A DNA stretch of 64,000 bases from an uncultured Thermodesulfobacteriota bacterium (GTDB lineage Bacteria > Desulfobacterota > GWC2-55-46 > JADFVP01): contig CAZEBZ010000003.1 of the NCBI GenBank assembly GCA_964510775.1, forward strand, positions 424 to 64,423. Direction: 5' to 3'. Of this stretch, positions 20,561 to 29,208 are shown in pieces. The notes under the pieces are model-generated. The model worked only from the letters and a program-made list of their open reading frames with translations, was not told the DNA's origin and did not search any database. How positions within the stretch are numbered: position 1 is the first letter of the stretch; each line of letters opens with the position of its first letter. The translations under genes and the position numbers were made by a program.

Positions 20561-21466
20561 TTAAATAGTCTTGGCGGACTCCATAAAATCCTTTACAGTT
20601 GAGAGGGCGGGGATACCGGCCCTGCCCCCTAAAGCAATGCATTTTAACGCGGCAAAGGCCGAGGCGAACCTTACAACCTCCTCCATAGGCCACTTTTGCA
20701 ACAGACCAAAGATATACCCGCCGTGAAAGACATCCCCAGCGCCTGTAGTATCAACGGCCTTAACCATAAAGGCCGGGGTAGTAAAGACCCTGCCCCCATC
20801 TTCGCCCACCCACGTCACAGAGCCTCTATCTCCAAGGGTTACGGTAACGGCCTTCGCGCCAGACTCGGCTATTTTTTTTACGGCCTCCTCGGGGTCGGCA
20901 TGAAAATAATTGGAAAAGACCTCAGAGCCTACGATATAGTCCGCCTTTGGCAGCAGCCTCAAGAGGCCCTCTCTCGGCGAGCCGGCATCGAGAACAACGG
21001 GCAGCCCCGCCTCTACGGCAACGTCGGCTATCCTTATCGAGGCCTCCTCCATAAGGCCGTCAAGAAGCAGGCAATCCGTACCCCTTAGCCACTCCCTCTT
21101 AACCTCAGCAGCGCCAAGCTCCGCTCCCGTCGGCCTCTTCCATAGAATAGTCCGCGAAGCGCTCACTGAGTTAACAATAATAAAGGCCAGCTGCGAGACT
21201 CCGCCCTCCCTTACAGCGAGGGCCTCTATATCAACACCCTCATCTATCAGGCCTTGCCTAATCTTGCCGCCTGCATCATCATCATAGACTACACCCCCAA
21301 AGGCCGTCTCTACTCCAAGCCTTGATAAAGAGACAAGGGCCGTTGCCACAGGGCCGCCGCCCTGCTCTGTAAACTCAAGAACCTCTTTTTTCAGATCCTC
21401 CGCAGGAAAACCATCTACCAAAGCGATAAAATCAAAGGAGGCCTGACCAAGACCGAATACTCTCAT
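20561..21466 (-). CDS. PfkB-family carbohydrate kinase (ribokinase-like)
   Basis: The start is taken at MRVFGLGQASFDF. The N-terminal 23 codons of the track ORF are translated from the intergenic repeat. It has a C-terminal DTTGAGDVFHGGYIFGLL anion-hole / catalytic-Asp motif. Confidence 0.85.
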   Translation of the reverse strand: MRVFGLGQASFDFIALVDGFPAEDLKKEVLEFTEQGGGPVATALVSLSRLGVETAFGGVVYDDDAGGKIRQGLIDEGVDIEALAVREGGVSQLAFIIVNSVSASRTILWKRPTGAELGAAEVKREWLRGTDCLLLDGLMEEASIRIADVAVEAGLPVVLDAGSPREGLLRLLPKADYIVGSEVFSNYFHADPEEAVKKIAESGAKAVTVTLGDRGSVTWVGEDGGRVFTTPAFMVKAVDTTGAGDVFHGGYIFGLLQKWPMEEVVRFASAFAALKCIALGGRAGIPALSTVKDFMESAKTI

Positions 21467-21482
21467 AAATTTCAAACCCCCC

Positions 21483-21735
21483 TTACTTTCTTTTAGAAAA
21501 AAGAAAGTAAGACAAAGAAAACCAACGGGGAACACAACGCCGCACTATAAAAAAAAACCTAACTTGCCCCACGAAACTTTCCTGAAAACAAGTGAGACAA
21601 AGACCCCCCTGCTTTCTTTTGGAAAAAAGAAAGCAGGGTAAAGAAAACCAATTATCTATACAAGCTTTTATCTCAAAAACACAGCCTTGCTCTAATCAAC
21701 AAAAAGAAAGCAGGACAAAGAAAACCATACACAGG
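21483..21735. repeat. Second locus of the same intergenic repeat family (three cores in reverse orientation)
   Basis: CTTTCTTTTAGAAAAAAGAAAGTAAGACAAAGAAAACCAA (21483-21525), GCTTTCTTTTGGAAAAAAGAAAGCAGGGTAAAGAAAACCAAT (21610-21652) and AAAAAGAAAGCAGGACAAAGAAAACCAT (21702-21729) are the reverse complement of TTGGTTTTCTTTGTC...CTTTCTTTTTTCYAAAAGAAAG. This locus lies between pfkB and dtd, which are both on the - strand. Confidence 0.8.
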
Positions 21736-21795
21736 GACAAAAACGAAAGTTAATTAGCGAGCAATTAAAAAAACCTCGAGCCGCAGAAAACAAAA

Positions 21796-22242
21796 TCAGG
21801 TATTACGGCTGTTTAGGAGCATAGTTACAGGCCCGTCATTTACGCTCTCCACCTCCATGTGCGCCCCGAACACACCGGCCTCAACTTGAAGACCGCTCTC
21901 TCTTAATTTTGTAATAAAGAGCTTATAAAGGGCCTCGGCCTTCTTTGGCTCCTCGGCCCCTGTAAAACTCGGCCTTCGCCCCTTTCGGCAATCTGCGAGC
22001 AGGGTAAACTGAGATACTACGAGAAGGGCCCCGCCGGCTTCGCCAACATCAAGGTTCATGCGACTAGAGGCGTCAGAGAATAACCGCAGGCCGCGCACCT
22101 TCGAGGCAATATAATCGAGCTCGTCCAAAGAATCACCCTTCTCCACGCCAAGATAAACGAGCAGACCAGACTCAATACTGCCTGTAAGAGCGCCGTCTAC
22201 AGTAACACTCGCCCTCTTCACCCTCTGCAGCACCGCTCTCAT
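21796..22242 (-). CDS. dtd: D-aminoacyl-tRNA deacylase
   Basis: 148 aa with the SQFTL and NDGPVT signature motifs, starting MRAVLQRVKRASV. Confidence 0.95.
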   Translation of the reverse strand: MRAVLQRVKRASVTVDGALTGSIESGLLVYLGVEKGDSLDELDYIASKVRGLRLFSDASSRMNLDVGEAGGALLVVSQFTLLADCRKGRRPSFTGAEEPKKAEALYKLFITKLRESGLQVEAGVFGAHMEVESVNDGPVTMLLNSRNT

Positions 22243-23045
22243 ATCTTTACTATCCTCACCTTCTCACCAACGCCTATGCCAAGCATCTTCGCGGCGTTGG
22301 CCTCACGTGCCGCCGCTTCCATAAACCCGCTGCTGCCCATAAGGGCCCCCGCGCCTGCCTCAGGTATATCGCCGTAGGTACGGTACAAGCCTTTTATTGA
22401 GCGCCCTTTTATGGTCACCTCAACATCGCAGACACCAAGACTCTCCTCCAAATCCCCTGCCTTAATATTGCTTATGAGGTTACCGTAGGTGTCTACATGG
22501 AGAATCTCACCACTTATAACCGCGCCGTCAAAGGTAGGCTCAGGAAGACTTATCATAAAAAAATCTCTTATCTCAAGACCGATTTTTTCAGGAGGTATGC
22601 CAAGGGTAAGGTAAGCGGCAACAGGCCCGAAAATATCTCGGCCATGAAATGTGGCGCTTACGTCTACTCTACAAAAATCGCTCTTTGTTATCTCAAAGAC
22701 ACGCCTTATCCCTGTTTTTTCCGCGGCAAGGCTTAAGAGCCCGTTATCGGGGCCCACAAAAAAACCGCGCCTTGTCTCCACTATTACACCGCGCCGCGAG
22801 GTGCCTACACCTGGGTCTACTACGCCTACATGCACTGCGCCTGAGGGAAAATAAGGACAGGCCCCTGCCATTACAAAGGCCCCCTCCATAATGTCGCCTG
22901 CACTTAGGGAGTGAGAGATATCCACTACCGAGGCGTGGGGGTTCACTCCAAGAATAACGCCCTTCACGGCGCCAACGTAAAAATCCTTAAGACCGAAATC
23001 AGTTGTAAGGGTTATAATCGAGGGCAAAGCCGCCTCCCTTATCGA
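22239..23045 (-). CDS. SAM hydroxide adenosyltransferase / fluorinase-chlorinase-like protein (DUF62 family)
   Basis: The conserved N-terminal block IITLTTDFGLKDFYVGAVKGVILGVNP and the DUF62 C-terminal beta domain are present. The track ORF extends to 23249, but that N-terminal extension has no DUF62 homology and overlaps the + strand DUF2249-NifU gene. The start is probably a GTG or TTG near 23045-23060, and its exact position is uncertain. It overlaps dtd by 4 nt. Confidence 0.75.
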   Translation of the reverse strand, partial: SIREAALPSIITLTTDFGLKDFYVGAVKGVILGVNPHASVVDISHSLSAGDIMEGAFVMAGACPYFPSGAVHVGVVDPGVGTSRRGVIVETRRGFFVGPDNGLLSLAAEKTGIRRVFEITKSDFCRVDVSATFHGRDIFGPVAAYLTLGIPPEKIGLEIRDFFMISLPEPTFDGAVISGEILHVDTYGNLISNIKAGDLEESLGVCDVEVTIKGRSIKGLYRTYGDIPEAGAGALMGSSGFMEAAAREANAAKMLGIGVGEKVRIVKI

Positions 23046-23172
23046 CAAAAAAAATGGCACTATACAATGATTTACAGTATAATCAACATATTGAGGTAAT
23101 GTAGAAAGTATACCATAAATCAGGCCCCGGCGAGGTCGAAGAAGACCTCTCTCGGCGAGCAAAGGAAGATAA

Positions 23173-23664
23173 ATGAATATGAACCCTTCAGTTGCAGTAG
23201 ATCTAAGCGAGCTGCCTGTCTTCAAACGGCATCCGCTGGCATTTGACACCTGGGATGAACTTCCTACAGGGGAGGTAATGCGCCTTACAAACGATTACGC
23301 CCCCGACATCCTGCAGGCCCACTTCGACTCCCTCTACCACGAGATTTTTAAGTGGGAAGTTATAAAGAAAGGCCCTGATACGTGGGTAGTGGATATAAAG
23401 AGGCTTCGCGACCCTGAGCCTGACGTGGGCGAAGATGTGCAGGAGAGAGTGCTTGCCGCCCTCGCCGAGATAAGACCCTTTCTTGAGGGAGACGGCGGAG
23501 ACGTGGAGCTCGTGGAGATAGACAAAGAGGAGCGCACTGTCAGGGTAAAGCTCACCGGGGCCTGCAGCAGCTGTCCCTCATCGTCATCAACCCTTAAGGG
23601 CGGCGTGGAAAAAGCCATCAAGGAGCACGCCCCTGAGATACGCACTGTTGAGAATGTAAAATAA
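23173..23664 (+). CDS. DUF2249 domain fused to a NifU-like C-terminal Fe-S cluster domain
   Basis: The N-terminal region (LPVFKRHPLAFDTWDELPTGEVMRLTNDYAPDIL) fits DUF2249. The C-terminus (IRPFLEGDGGDVELVEIDKEERTVRVKLTGACSSCPSSSSTLKGGVEKAIKEHAPE) is a canonical NifU_C (Nfu) domain with a CxxC motif. Confidence 0.7.
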   Translation: MNMNPSVAVDLSELPVFKRHPLAFDTWDELPTGEVMRLTNDYAPDILQAHFDSLYHEIFKWEVIKKGPDTWVVDIKRLRDPEPDVGEDVQERVLAALAEIRPFLEGDGGDVELVEIDKEERTVRVKLTGACSSCPSSSSTLKGGVEKAIKEHAPEIRTVENVK

Positions 23665-23998
23665 GGGGTAAGTGTGAGAGTGGTGCGAAGAGCAATAATA
23701 CTCTGAAGAGATTACTTGGTAGTCGAGAGTATTAAAAGGCCGCGCTTTTGCCACTCTCTTCTTTTTTGTCCTCGGAAACTACCATGCTCGCCGCCCTCTC
23801 TCTTTACAAAAAAGCCCGCAAAACCATCAAAATGCCTTTACAAGAGAGGTCTTTGGGCTATAATCTATCTTTACGCCTACATAAACTCAGCCATACACAC
23901 TTGAAATATGTAAGACAGCTTACTTCCCGGGCGGCCCATTGATGCTACCTTAAAAAATAACAGGGAAGGTCGGATAATAAAAACTTCAGGAGAATTAT

Positions 23999-25849
23999 AT
24001 GCAGATCGAAGAGGCAAAGAGCGTTACTGTGCCCCTGACGGGTCTATCCACACTGTGGTTTCAGGTCTCAGGCACGCTCTGCAATCTCAAGTGTTCTCAC
24101 TGCTTTATCAGCTGCGGCCCCGGCGTTAGGCGTCATAAGATGCTCTCAAGAGAGAGAGTGCAGAGCTACCTTGAGGAGGCCCGCGCAACGGGCATAAAAG
24201 AGATATACTTTACCGGAGGCGAGCCCATGCTCAACCCCGAAATAATGGGCATAACAGAAGACGCCCTTAAGGACGCAGATGTAACGATACTTACTAACGC
24301 CACGCTTATAAGCGCAGAAGTGGCCTCCAGATTCAAGGGCCTGGCCCTTGCCGCGGACTTTGAACTAACCTTCCGTGTCAGCATGGACAGCCCTGACGAG
24401 GCAAAAAATGACAAGATTCGCGGCGACGGCTCATTCAAAAAAACCTCAGAGGGCATAAAAAACCTAATAGGCGCCGGTTTTGAGCCCATTATTACGGCTA
24501 CGAAGATAGATGATAAGGGGCCCTGCCTTGAGGCCTTTGAGAATTGGCTCCGCACGCTGGGCTCAAAGGCCCCTCATGTAAAGACCCTGCCGCTCCTGCA
24601 TATCGGAAGAGGCGAGAAAAATTACCGTCCCTACAGCGAAGAAGAGAGGCTGCAGGCGGCCCGCCTTGAGTCCGTAAGACCAGAGGCCCTGCAGTGCTCC
24701 AGCGCACGTATGATAACGAGCGAGGGAGTCTTCTGCTGCCCCATTCTCATAGACGAGGACTCGGCGAGAATGGGCTCGACCATTCAGGAGAGCCTGCGCC
24801 CCGTGGCCCTTACCTCGCCTGCATGCTACACCTGCGTAAAAGAAGGTCTAAGCTGCTCCAACGCCTCGTCAACATGCTCTGAGGCTCGCCGCGAGGACGT
24901 TAAGTCCTTTTACGGAGAAGCCGCCGTAGAGCCCCAGCCCGGGCTTTGCTGCCCAACGGCGTACGCAGGCGCAGAGACAGGACACATCCCCGCGGAGGTA
25001 CTTGACGTATCCTACGGCTGCGGCAGCCCCATAACCCTCTCGGGACTCACCGCAGGCGAGACCCTTCTTGACCTTGGAGCAGGAGCCGGCATTGACTGCT
25101 TTATCGCCTCAAAGATAACAGGCCCAAAAGGAAGAGTCATTGGTATTGATATGACTGATGAGATGCTTGGAAAGGCCGAGAAAAACAAGGTGGAGGTGGC
25201 CGCAAGACTTGGCTACAGCAACGTAGAGTTCAAGAAAGGATTCCTTGAGGATATCCCCGTAGAAGAAAAGAGTGTAGATATCGTCACCTCTAACTGCGTA
25301 ATCAACTTAACGGCAGATAAGACCCCTGTCTTTAAAGAGATATACAGAATATTAAAAGACGAGGGCCGATTCGTCATTTCAGATATTATCTCAGAACGGA
25401 GCGTGCCCGCGGCCATGCAGGAGGACAGCGAGCTATGGGGCGAGTGCATCTCCGGCGCCCTTACAACGGAAGAGTTCATCAAAGAGGCGGTTGATGCGGG
25501 CTTTTACGGTATAAGTATTCTATCAGATACATTTTACCGTGAAGCAGACGGCATAAAATTCTACTCCATTACCTTTGACGCCCATAAAATGATAAAGGGC
25601 GAAAAGTGCCTCTACCGAGGGCATCAGGCTACCTACGGGGGGCCCTTCGAGTCTGTAACTGACGACGAGGGTCACGAGTTCCCGCGAGGCCTCGCAATAG
25701 AGGTATGTACAGATACGGCAAAAAAACTCACCGCCGCGCCATACAAGGGGCTCTTCACCGTAACTCCTCCACAAGGTGAAAAAACCGTAAAAGAAGAGGC
25801 CTGCGTGCCTAAGACGAGTAAGGCCGGCGGCAGTTCAGGGTGTTGCTAA
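23999..25849 (+). CDS. Fusion protein: N-terminal ArsS-like radical SAM domain plus C-terminal ArsM-type arsenite S-adenosylmethionine methyltransferase domain, with a Cys-terminated tail
   Basis: The N-terminus carries the radical-SAM cluster motif CNLKCSHCF and downstream Cys-rich segments (CCPILIDED, CYTCVKEGLSCSN). From about aa 300 there is an ArsM-like class I MTase with the conserved As-binding cysteines (CCPTAY, YGCGSP, VTSNCVINL, LWGECISGAL) and the SAM motif LLDLGAGAGIDCF. A ~100-aa extension ends in GGSSGCC. AGGAG lies 8 nt upstream of the ATG. Confidence 0.75.
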   Translation: MQIEEAKSVTVPLTGLSTLWFQVSGTLCNLKCSHCFISCGPGVRRHKMLSRERVQSYLEEARATGIKEIYFTGGEPMLNPEIMGITEDALKDADVTILTNATLISAEVASRFKGLALAADFELTFRVSMDSPDEAKNDKIRGDGSFKKTSEGIKNLIGAGFEPIITATKIDDKGPCLEAFENWLRTLGSKAPHVKTLPLLHIGRGEKNYRPYSEEERLQAARLESVRPEALQCSSARMITSEGVFCCPILIDEDSARMGSTIQESLRPVALTSPACYTCVKEGLSCSNASSTCSEARREDVKSFYGEAAVEPQPGLCCPTAYAGAETGHIPAEVLDVSYGCGSPITLSGLTAGETLLDLGAGAGIDCFIASKITGPKGRVIGIDMTDEMLGKAEKNKVEVAARLGYSNVEFKKGFLEDIPVEEKSVDIVTSNCVINLTADKTPVFKEIYRILKDEGRFVISDIISERSVPAAMQEDSELWGECISGALTTEEFIKEAVDAGFYGISILSDTFYREADGIKFYSITFDAHKMIKGEKCLYRGHQATYGGPFESVTDDEGHEFPRGLAIEVCTDTAKKLTAAPYKGLFTVTPPQGEKTVKEEACVPKTSKAGGSSGCC

Positions 25850-25965
25850 GGGCTCTTAACCCCTTTTACGCCTCATGGCGTAGGGCCTTGCGTCATACTG
25901 CAAGGCCCTACCATCAAAAAAAGTTATCATCAAAAAAACCTAACACAGCCCGAAATAAGTTGCAT

Positions 25966-27210
25966 ATGCGGCACTCTCATCTCTTTTTCACCGCAATCAC
26001 CGTTTTTTTTCTCCTCTTCACTACTTTCTCGGCAACATCTCAAGGAGCACAATGGCCTCCACGGATACGCTCCTTGCTCACGGCCCTTACCTACGTCAGT
26101 GAAGACCCCTCTGACTTTGGGGCAGAGACGAGCAAGAGCGACAAGACCCTCCTCAGTACATTCAAGCCCCGCATATTTATCGCCCCGGGCGGACGAAGGC
26201 CCGTTGATTTTTACGGATTTTATCTACCAAAAACCGCAGTAAAGAACGAGAAAGGGGCGATTGTAAAAAAAAATCCTACGAGGGCTTATCTAAAAACCAT
26301 TGAGCGAAATGCAGGCTTTTACCTCGATTATGAGGGCCCTGATAGGCCCTGTGAGGGTAGAGCCTGCGAGGGTTACGTAGGCACCGGATACGGCAGGGTC
26401 TATAGAGAGGACGCTCGCTTTTTCACAAAGGAGGGCGTAAGAAAAATACCCCTTACTATACTAAAATACAACTTCGCCTTTACTTACAGCGGCCTTCCCG
26501 CAGCTGTAGGGCAGTTGAAAGAACTGCCTCTTAGCCTCTTTATAGACCCGGCAAAAATTCATGAACTCGATATACACGGCGCCGTGCATATCGTACTAAA
26601 TGGACAAAAGAGACCCATCGCCCTGATTCTCGCCGAGCATAATTACTTCAGGACTTTTGTCTTTGGAGACAGTATCTCAAAGATGCCAAGAGACAAGCGC
26701 GTAAAAATATGCTTTGCCCAACGCTCAAACGAGCCCTATCCATGCCCTGCAGGGGCCGCTCCATTGAGGCGTCGCACAGTTGGCAGCCCCGCTGATATAA
26801 GTTACGTTATAAACGGCGGGGAAAAACCCTTTTTCTCAGGAGAGGACATTATCTACGGCCCAGAGTCCGGCGCGCAACAAGTGAAGTACGTACTGAAATC
26901 TCTACCAAAAAAAGACCCCCTCTACGTAAGCTGGATACCCCTTGGCAATAAAGAGAAGATCCTCTTTTACAAGAGTTACTACATACAAGGCCCGCCGGGC
27001 ATGGATATGAACACATGGCCCAAGAAGAAGAAATACTCTGATATTATGCAGTTCTGGTACTTTCGAGAGGACAGCAGCGAGGATGCCGCACTCATGGGGC
27101 AATATCTTCACACCCTAAGCGATGGAGATCTCAAGAGAGTGCTTGAGCATAACGGCGAAAGGCTTTATAATGATATCGCTATAGCAGAGCGCAAGGGCGG
27201 CAGAGACTAA
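25966..27210 (+). CDS. Hypothetical secreted/membrane-anchored protein
   Basis: The start is taken at MRHSHLFFTAITVFFLLFTTFSATSQG (a signal or anchor helix). No recognisable domain is present. It lies immediately downstream of the ArsS-ArsM fusion on the same strand. Confidence 0.5.
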   Translation: MRHSHLFFTAITVFFLLFTTFSATSQGAQWPPRIRSLLTALTYVSEDPSDFGAETSKSDKTLLSTFKPRIFIAPGGRRPVDFYGFYLPKTAVKNEKGAIVKKNPTRAYLKTIERNAGFYLDYEGPDRPCEGRACEGYVGTGYGRVYREDARFFTKEGVRKIPLTILKYNFAFTYSGLPAAVGQLKELPLSLFIDPAKIHELDIHGAVHIVLNGQKRPIALILAEHNYFRTFVFGDSISKMPRDKRVKICFAQRSNEPYPCPAGAAPLRRRTVGSPADISYVINGGEKPFFSGEDIIYGPESGAQQVKYVLKSLPKKDPLYVSWIPLGNKEKILFYKSYYIQGPPGMDMNTWPKKKKYSDIMQFWYFREDSSEDAALMGQYLHTLSDGDLKRVLEHNGERLYNDIAIAERKGGRD

Positions 27211-27329
27211 CTCTCTTCATATCTCTTGCAGGGCGGCTTCCCCCTCATCACCGGAAAAAAGCCTAACTAAATAGCCGCCTTCACAAGACTCGTCTTCACG
27301 ATTAAGCCAACGCCGTCAATTAAAATATC

Positions 27330-27357
27330 TTGACTTAAATAGCTTGGCCATGATAAT
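27330..27357 (+). promoter_or_regulatory. Sigma70-like promoter (TTGACT-16-GATAAT) upstream of the response regulator
   Basis: TTGACT lies at 27330-27335 and GATAAT at 27352-27357 with a 16-nt spacer, 35 bp upstream of the ATG at 27393. The RBS is AAGGGGA. Confidence 0.45.
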
Positions 27358-27392
27358 TTTTTTAAAATTCTAATTAAAAAAAGGGGACTTTC

Positions 27393-28859
27393 ATGATAAA
27401 GACCATTCTTCTCGCTGACGACAGCATCACCATGCAGAAGGTCATAAGGCTTACCTTTGCCTCCGGTGGTTACGAGCTATGCTGCGCAGACAACGGTGAT
27501 GAGGCGCTTAAAAAAGCCGAGGATCTAAAGCCGCACATTGTCCTTGTAGATGCCGCACTGCCGGGAAAAAACGGTTATGAGGTCTGCCGAGGCATAAAAG
27601 ACAATCCAAGGCTAAAAAATACCCCTGTCATTATACTTGCCGGAACCTTCAACCCCCTTGACGATGATAAAGCAACAAAGGCAGCGTGCGACGACTCCAT
27701 CGTAAAACCCTTTGAGTCAAGACAGCTTGTAGAAAAAGTAGAGAACCTCTTACGAAAATATCCTGCATCTGAGGCAACCCCTGCTGAGGAGGCGATTACG
27801 GGCGAGACTACGGGCTGGGCCGAGGACGATGTCATAAGAGCGCCTGAACCCTCACCCCTTGCAGGTGTCTCTTCCCTATCCTTTACTGAAGAGACCGTAA
27901 AGAGAGAGAATGTTCCTGACCTTGAGGTACTTGAAGGCCGCGGCAGTATAGAAAAACCTGACGAAGGCATAACTTCTGAGCAAAATGAGGAGGCAGAGAG
28001 CGCACCGCCAAAAATGGAGACAGCCCCTGGAGAATTAGAGGGAGAGGGGGGCTTTGACATAGAGGGCTTTGAGATTAATCCCTTTAAATCCGAGGCGTTA
28101 CGAGATACTGCCCCCATTGAGGAAAGAGGCAAAGGCATTAATGCCTGGAATGTTGAAGAGAAGGACCTCATAACCTTTGAGGACGGAGAGAGTGAGCTTG
28201 AGATAGAGACAGAGTCATACGCGGGCGCTGCGGCAGAGGATGAAGTATTAATTGATGAACCCATTAAAGCAGATGAAGGGCCCGCAGAGGACGTAATCGA
28301 GGCAGAAGAAGAGGGCGTCACTAAGGAGTCTACAGAGACTTTAGAGGGCGAGGCTCCTGCTGAGAGTAGTAATATAGCAGATGAGGCATGGATCTGTGAG
28401 ATTGTAAAGAAGATAAGCCTTGAGATAATGGAAGGGGCGGTGCGTGAAAAAGCCCCCGAGCTTGTACAAGAGGCCGTAGATGAGGCGGTGCGTGAAAAGG
28501 CGCCCGAGCTTGTAAAAGAGGCTGTAGAAGGAATAGCGAGAGAAAAAGCCCCCGAGCTTGTACAAGAGGCCGTAGATGAGGCCGTGCGTGAAAAGGCGCC
28601 CGAGCTTGTAAAAGAGGCTGTAGCAGAGATAGCGAGAGAAAAAGCCCCCGAGCTTGTACAAGAAGCCGTAGCTGAGGCCGTGCGTGAAAGAGCGCCGGAG
28701 CTTGTAAAAGAAGCCGTAGCAGAGATAGCGAGAGAAAAAGCCCCCGAGCTTGTAAAAGAGGCCGTAGAAGGGATAGCGAGAGAAAAAGCCCCTGAGCTCA
28801 TAAAAGAGGCCGTAGAAGAAGAGATGGAGAAAATCAAGGAGGCCATAAGAGGATTATAG
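27393..28859 (+). CDS. CheY-like response regulator with an acidic linker and a C-terminal array of 16-residue repeats
   Basis: Receiver domain MIKTILLADDSITMQKVIRLTF...VLVDAALPGKNGYEV...K. An E/D-rich low-complexity region follows, then roughly 8 repeats of the REKAPELVKEAVEGIA / REKAPELVQEAVDEAV type. Confidence 0.8.
   Translation: MIKTILLADDSITMQKVIRLTFASGGYELCCADNGDEALKKAEDLKPHIVLVDAALPGKNGYEVCRGIKDNPRLKNTPVIILAGTFNPLDDDKATKAACDDSIVKPFESRQLVEKVENLLRKYPASEATPAEEAITGETTGWAEDDVIRAPEPSPLAGVSSLSFTEETVKRENVPDLEVLEGRGSIEKPDEGITSEQNEEAESAPPKMETAPGELEGEGGFDIEGFEINPFKSEALRDTAPIEERGKGINAWNVEEKDLITFEDGESELEIETESYAGAAAEDEVLIDEPIKADEGPAEDVIEAEEEGVTKESTETLEGEAPAESSNIADEAWICEIVKKISLEIMEGAVREKAPELVQEAVDEAVREKAPELVKEAVEGIAREKAPELVQEAVDEAVREKAPELVKEAVAEIAREKAPELVQEAVAEAVRERAPELVKEAVAEIAREKAPELVKEAVEGIAREKAPELIKEAVEEEMEKIKEAIRGL
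28441..28824 (+). repeat. Eight in-frame tandem 48-bp repeats (alternating two variants) inside the response-regulator gene
   Basis: GTGCGTGAAAAAGCCCCCGAGCTTGTACAAGAGGCCGTAGATGAGGCG alternates with GCGAGAGAAAAAGCCCCCGAGCTTGTAAAAGAGGCTGTAGAAGGAATA, with point variants. The array causes the long antisense ORF 27575..28846. Confidence 0.9.
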
Positions 28860-29208
28860 AACTACCTTAACCACATTACTACCCCGCCGCAGCAGTAGGC
28901 CTCTTCTGCCGAAATACCCTATGTATTACAGGTTCTTTCTCTTCCCTCAAGTGCCATTGGGCCTAAAAGAGGGAAGTGAGTCTTTCCTATACTCTTTAAG
29001 AGCGATAACTGCGCCCTCCCTTCTATGCCGCCTTATCAGCCATTGCTTACTCACAGACAACTACTCCTTAAGAAGGTCTTTCATACACCCTCCTCAGGAC
29101 TCTTGCATGGGAATAGAGGCAGGACTTATATTTTTAGGGCTTTTTTGGCCCTTTTATGGTAGATTTTAAACCCTATCTTATAGATAAAGCTGAGGAAAAG
29201 GATATTTT

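Noticed and set aside
21467-21535. N-terminal 23-codon extension of the PfkB kinase ORF (MFPVGFLCLTFFFLKESKGGLKF)
   Set aside because: It is translated from an intergenic repeat unit. The kinase homology begins at the internal MRVFGLGQ.
23046-23249. Upstream ATG-initiated extension of the DUF62 gene
   Set aside because: It shows no DUF62 homology and overlaps the well-supported + strand DUF2249-NifU gene by 77 bp, so a shorter non-ATG start is more plausible.
27575-28846. 423-aa - strand ORF rich in Ser/Thr/Ala
   Set aside because: It is an antisense shadow of the response-regulator gene. The tandem 48-bp repeats keep the reverse frame open, and there are no independent coding signals.
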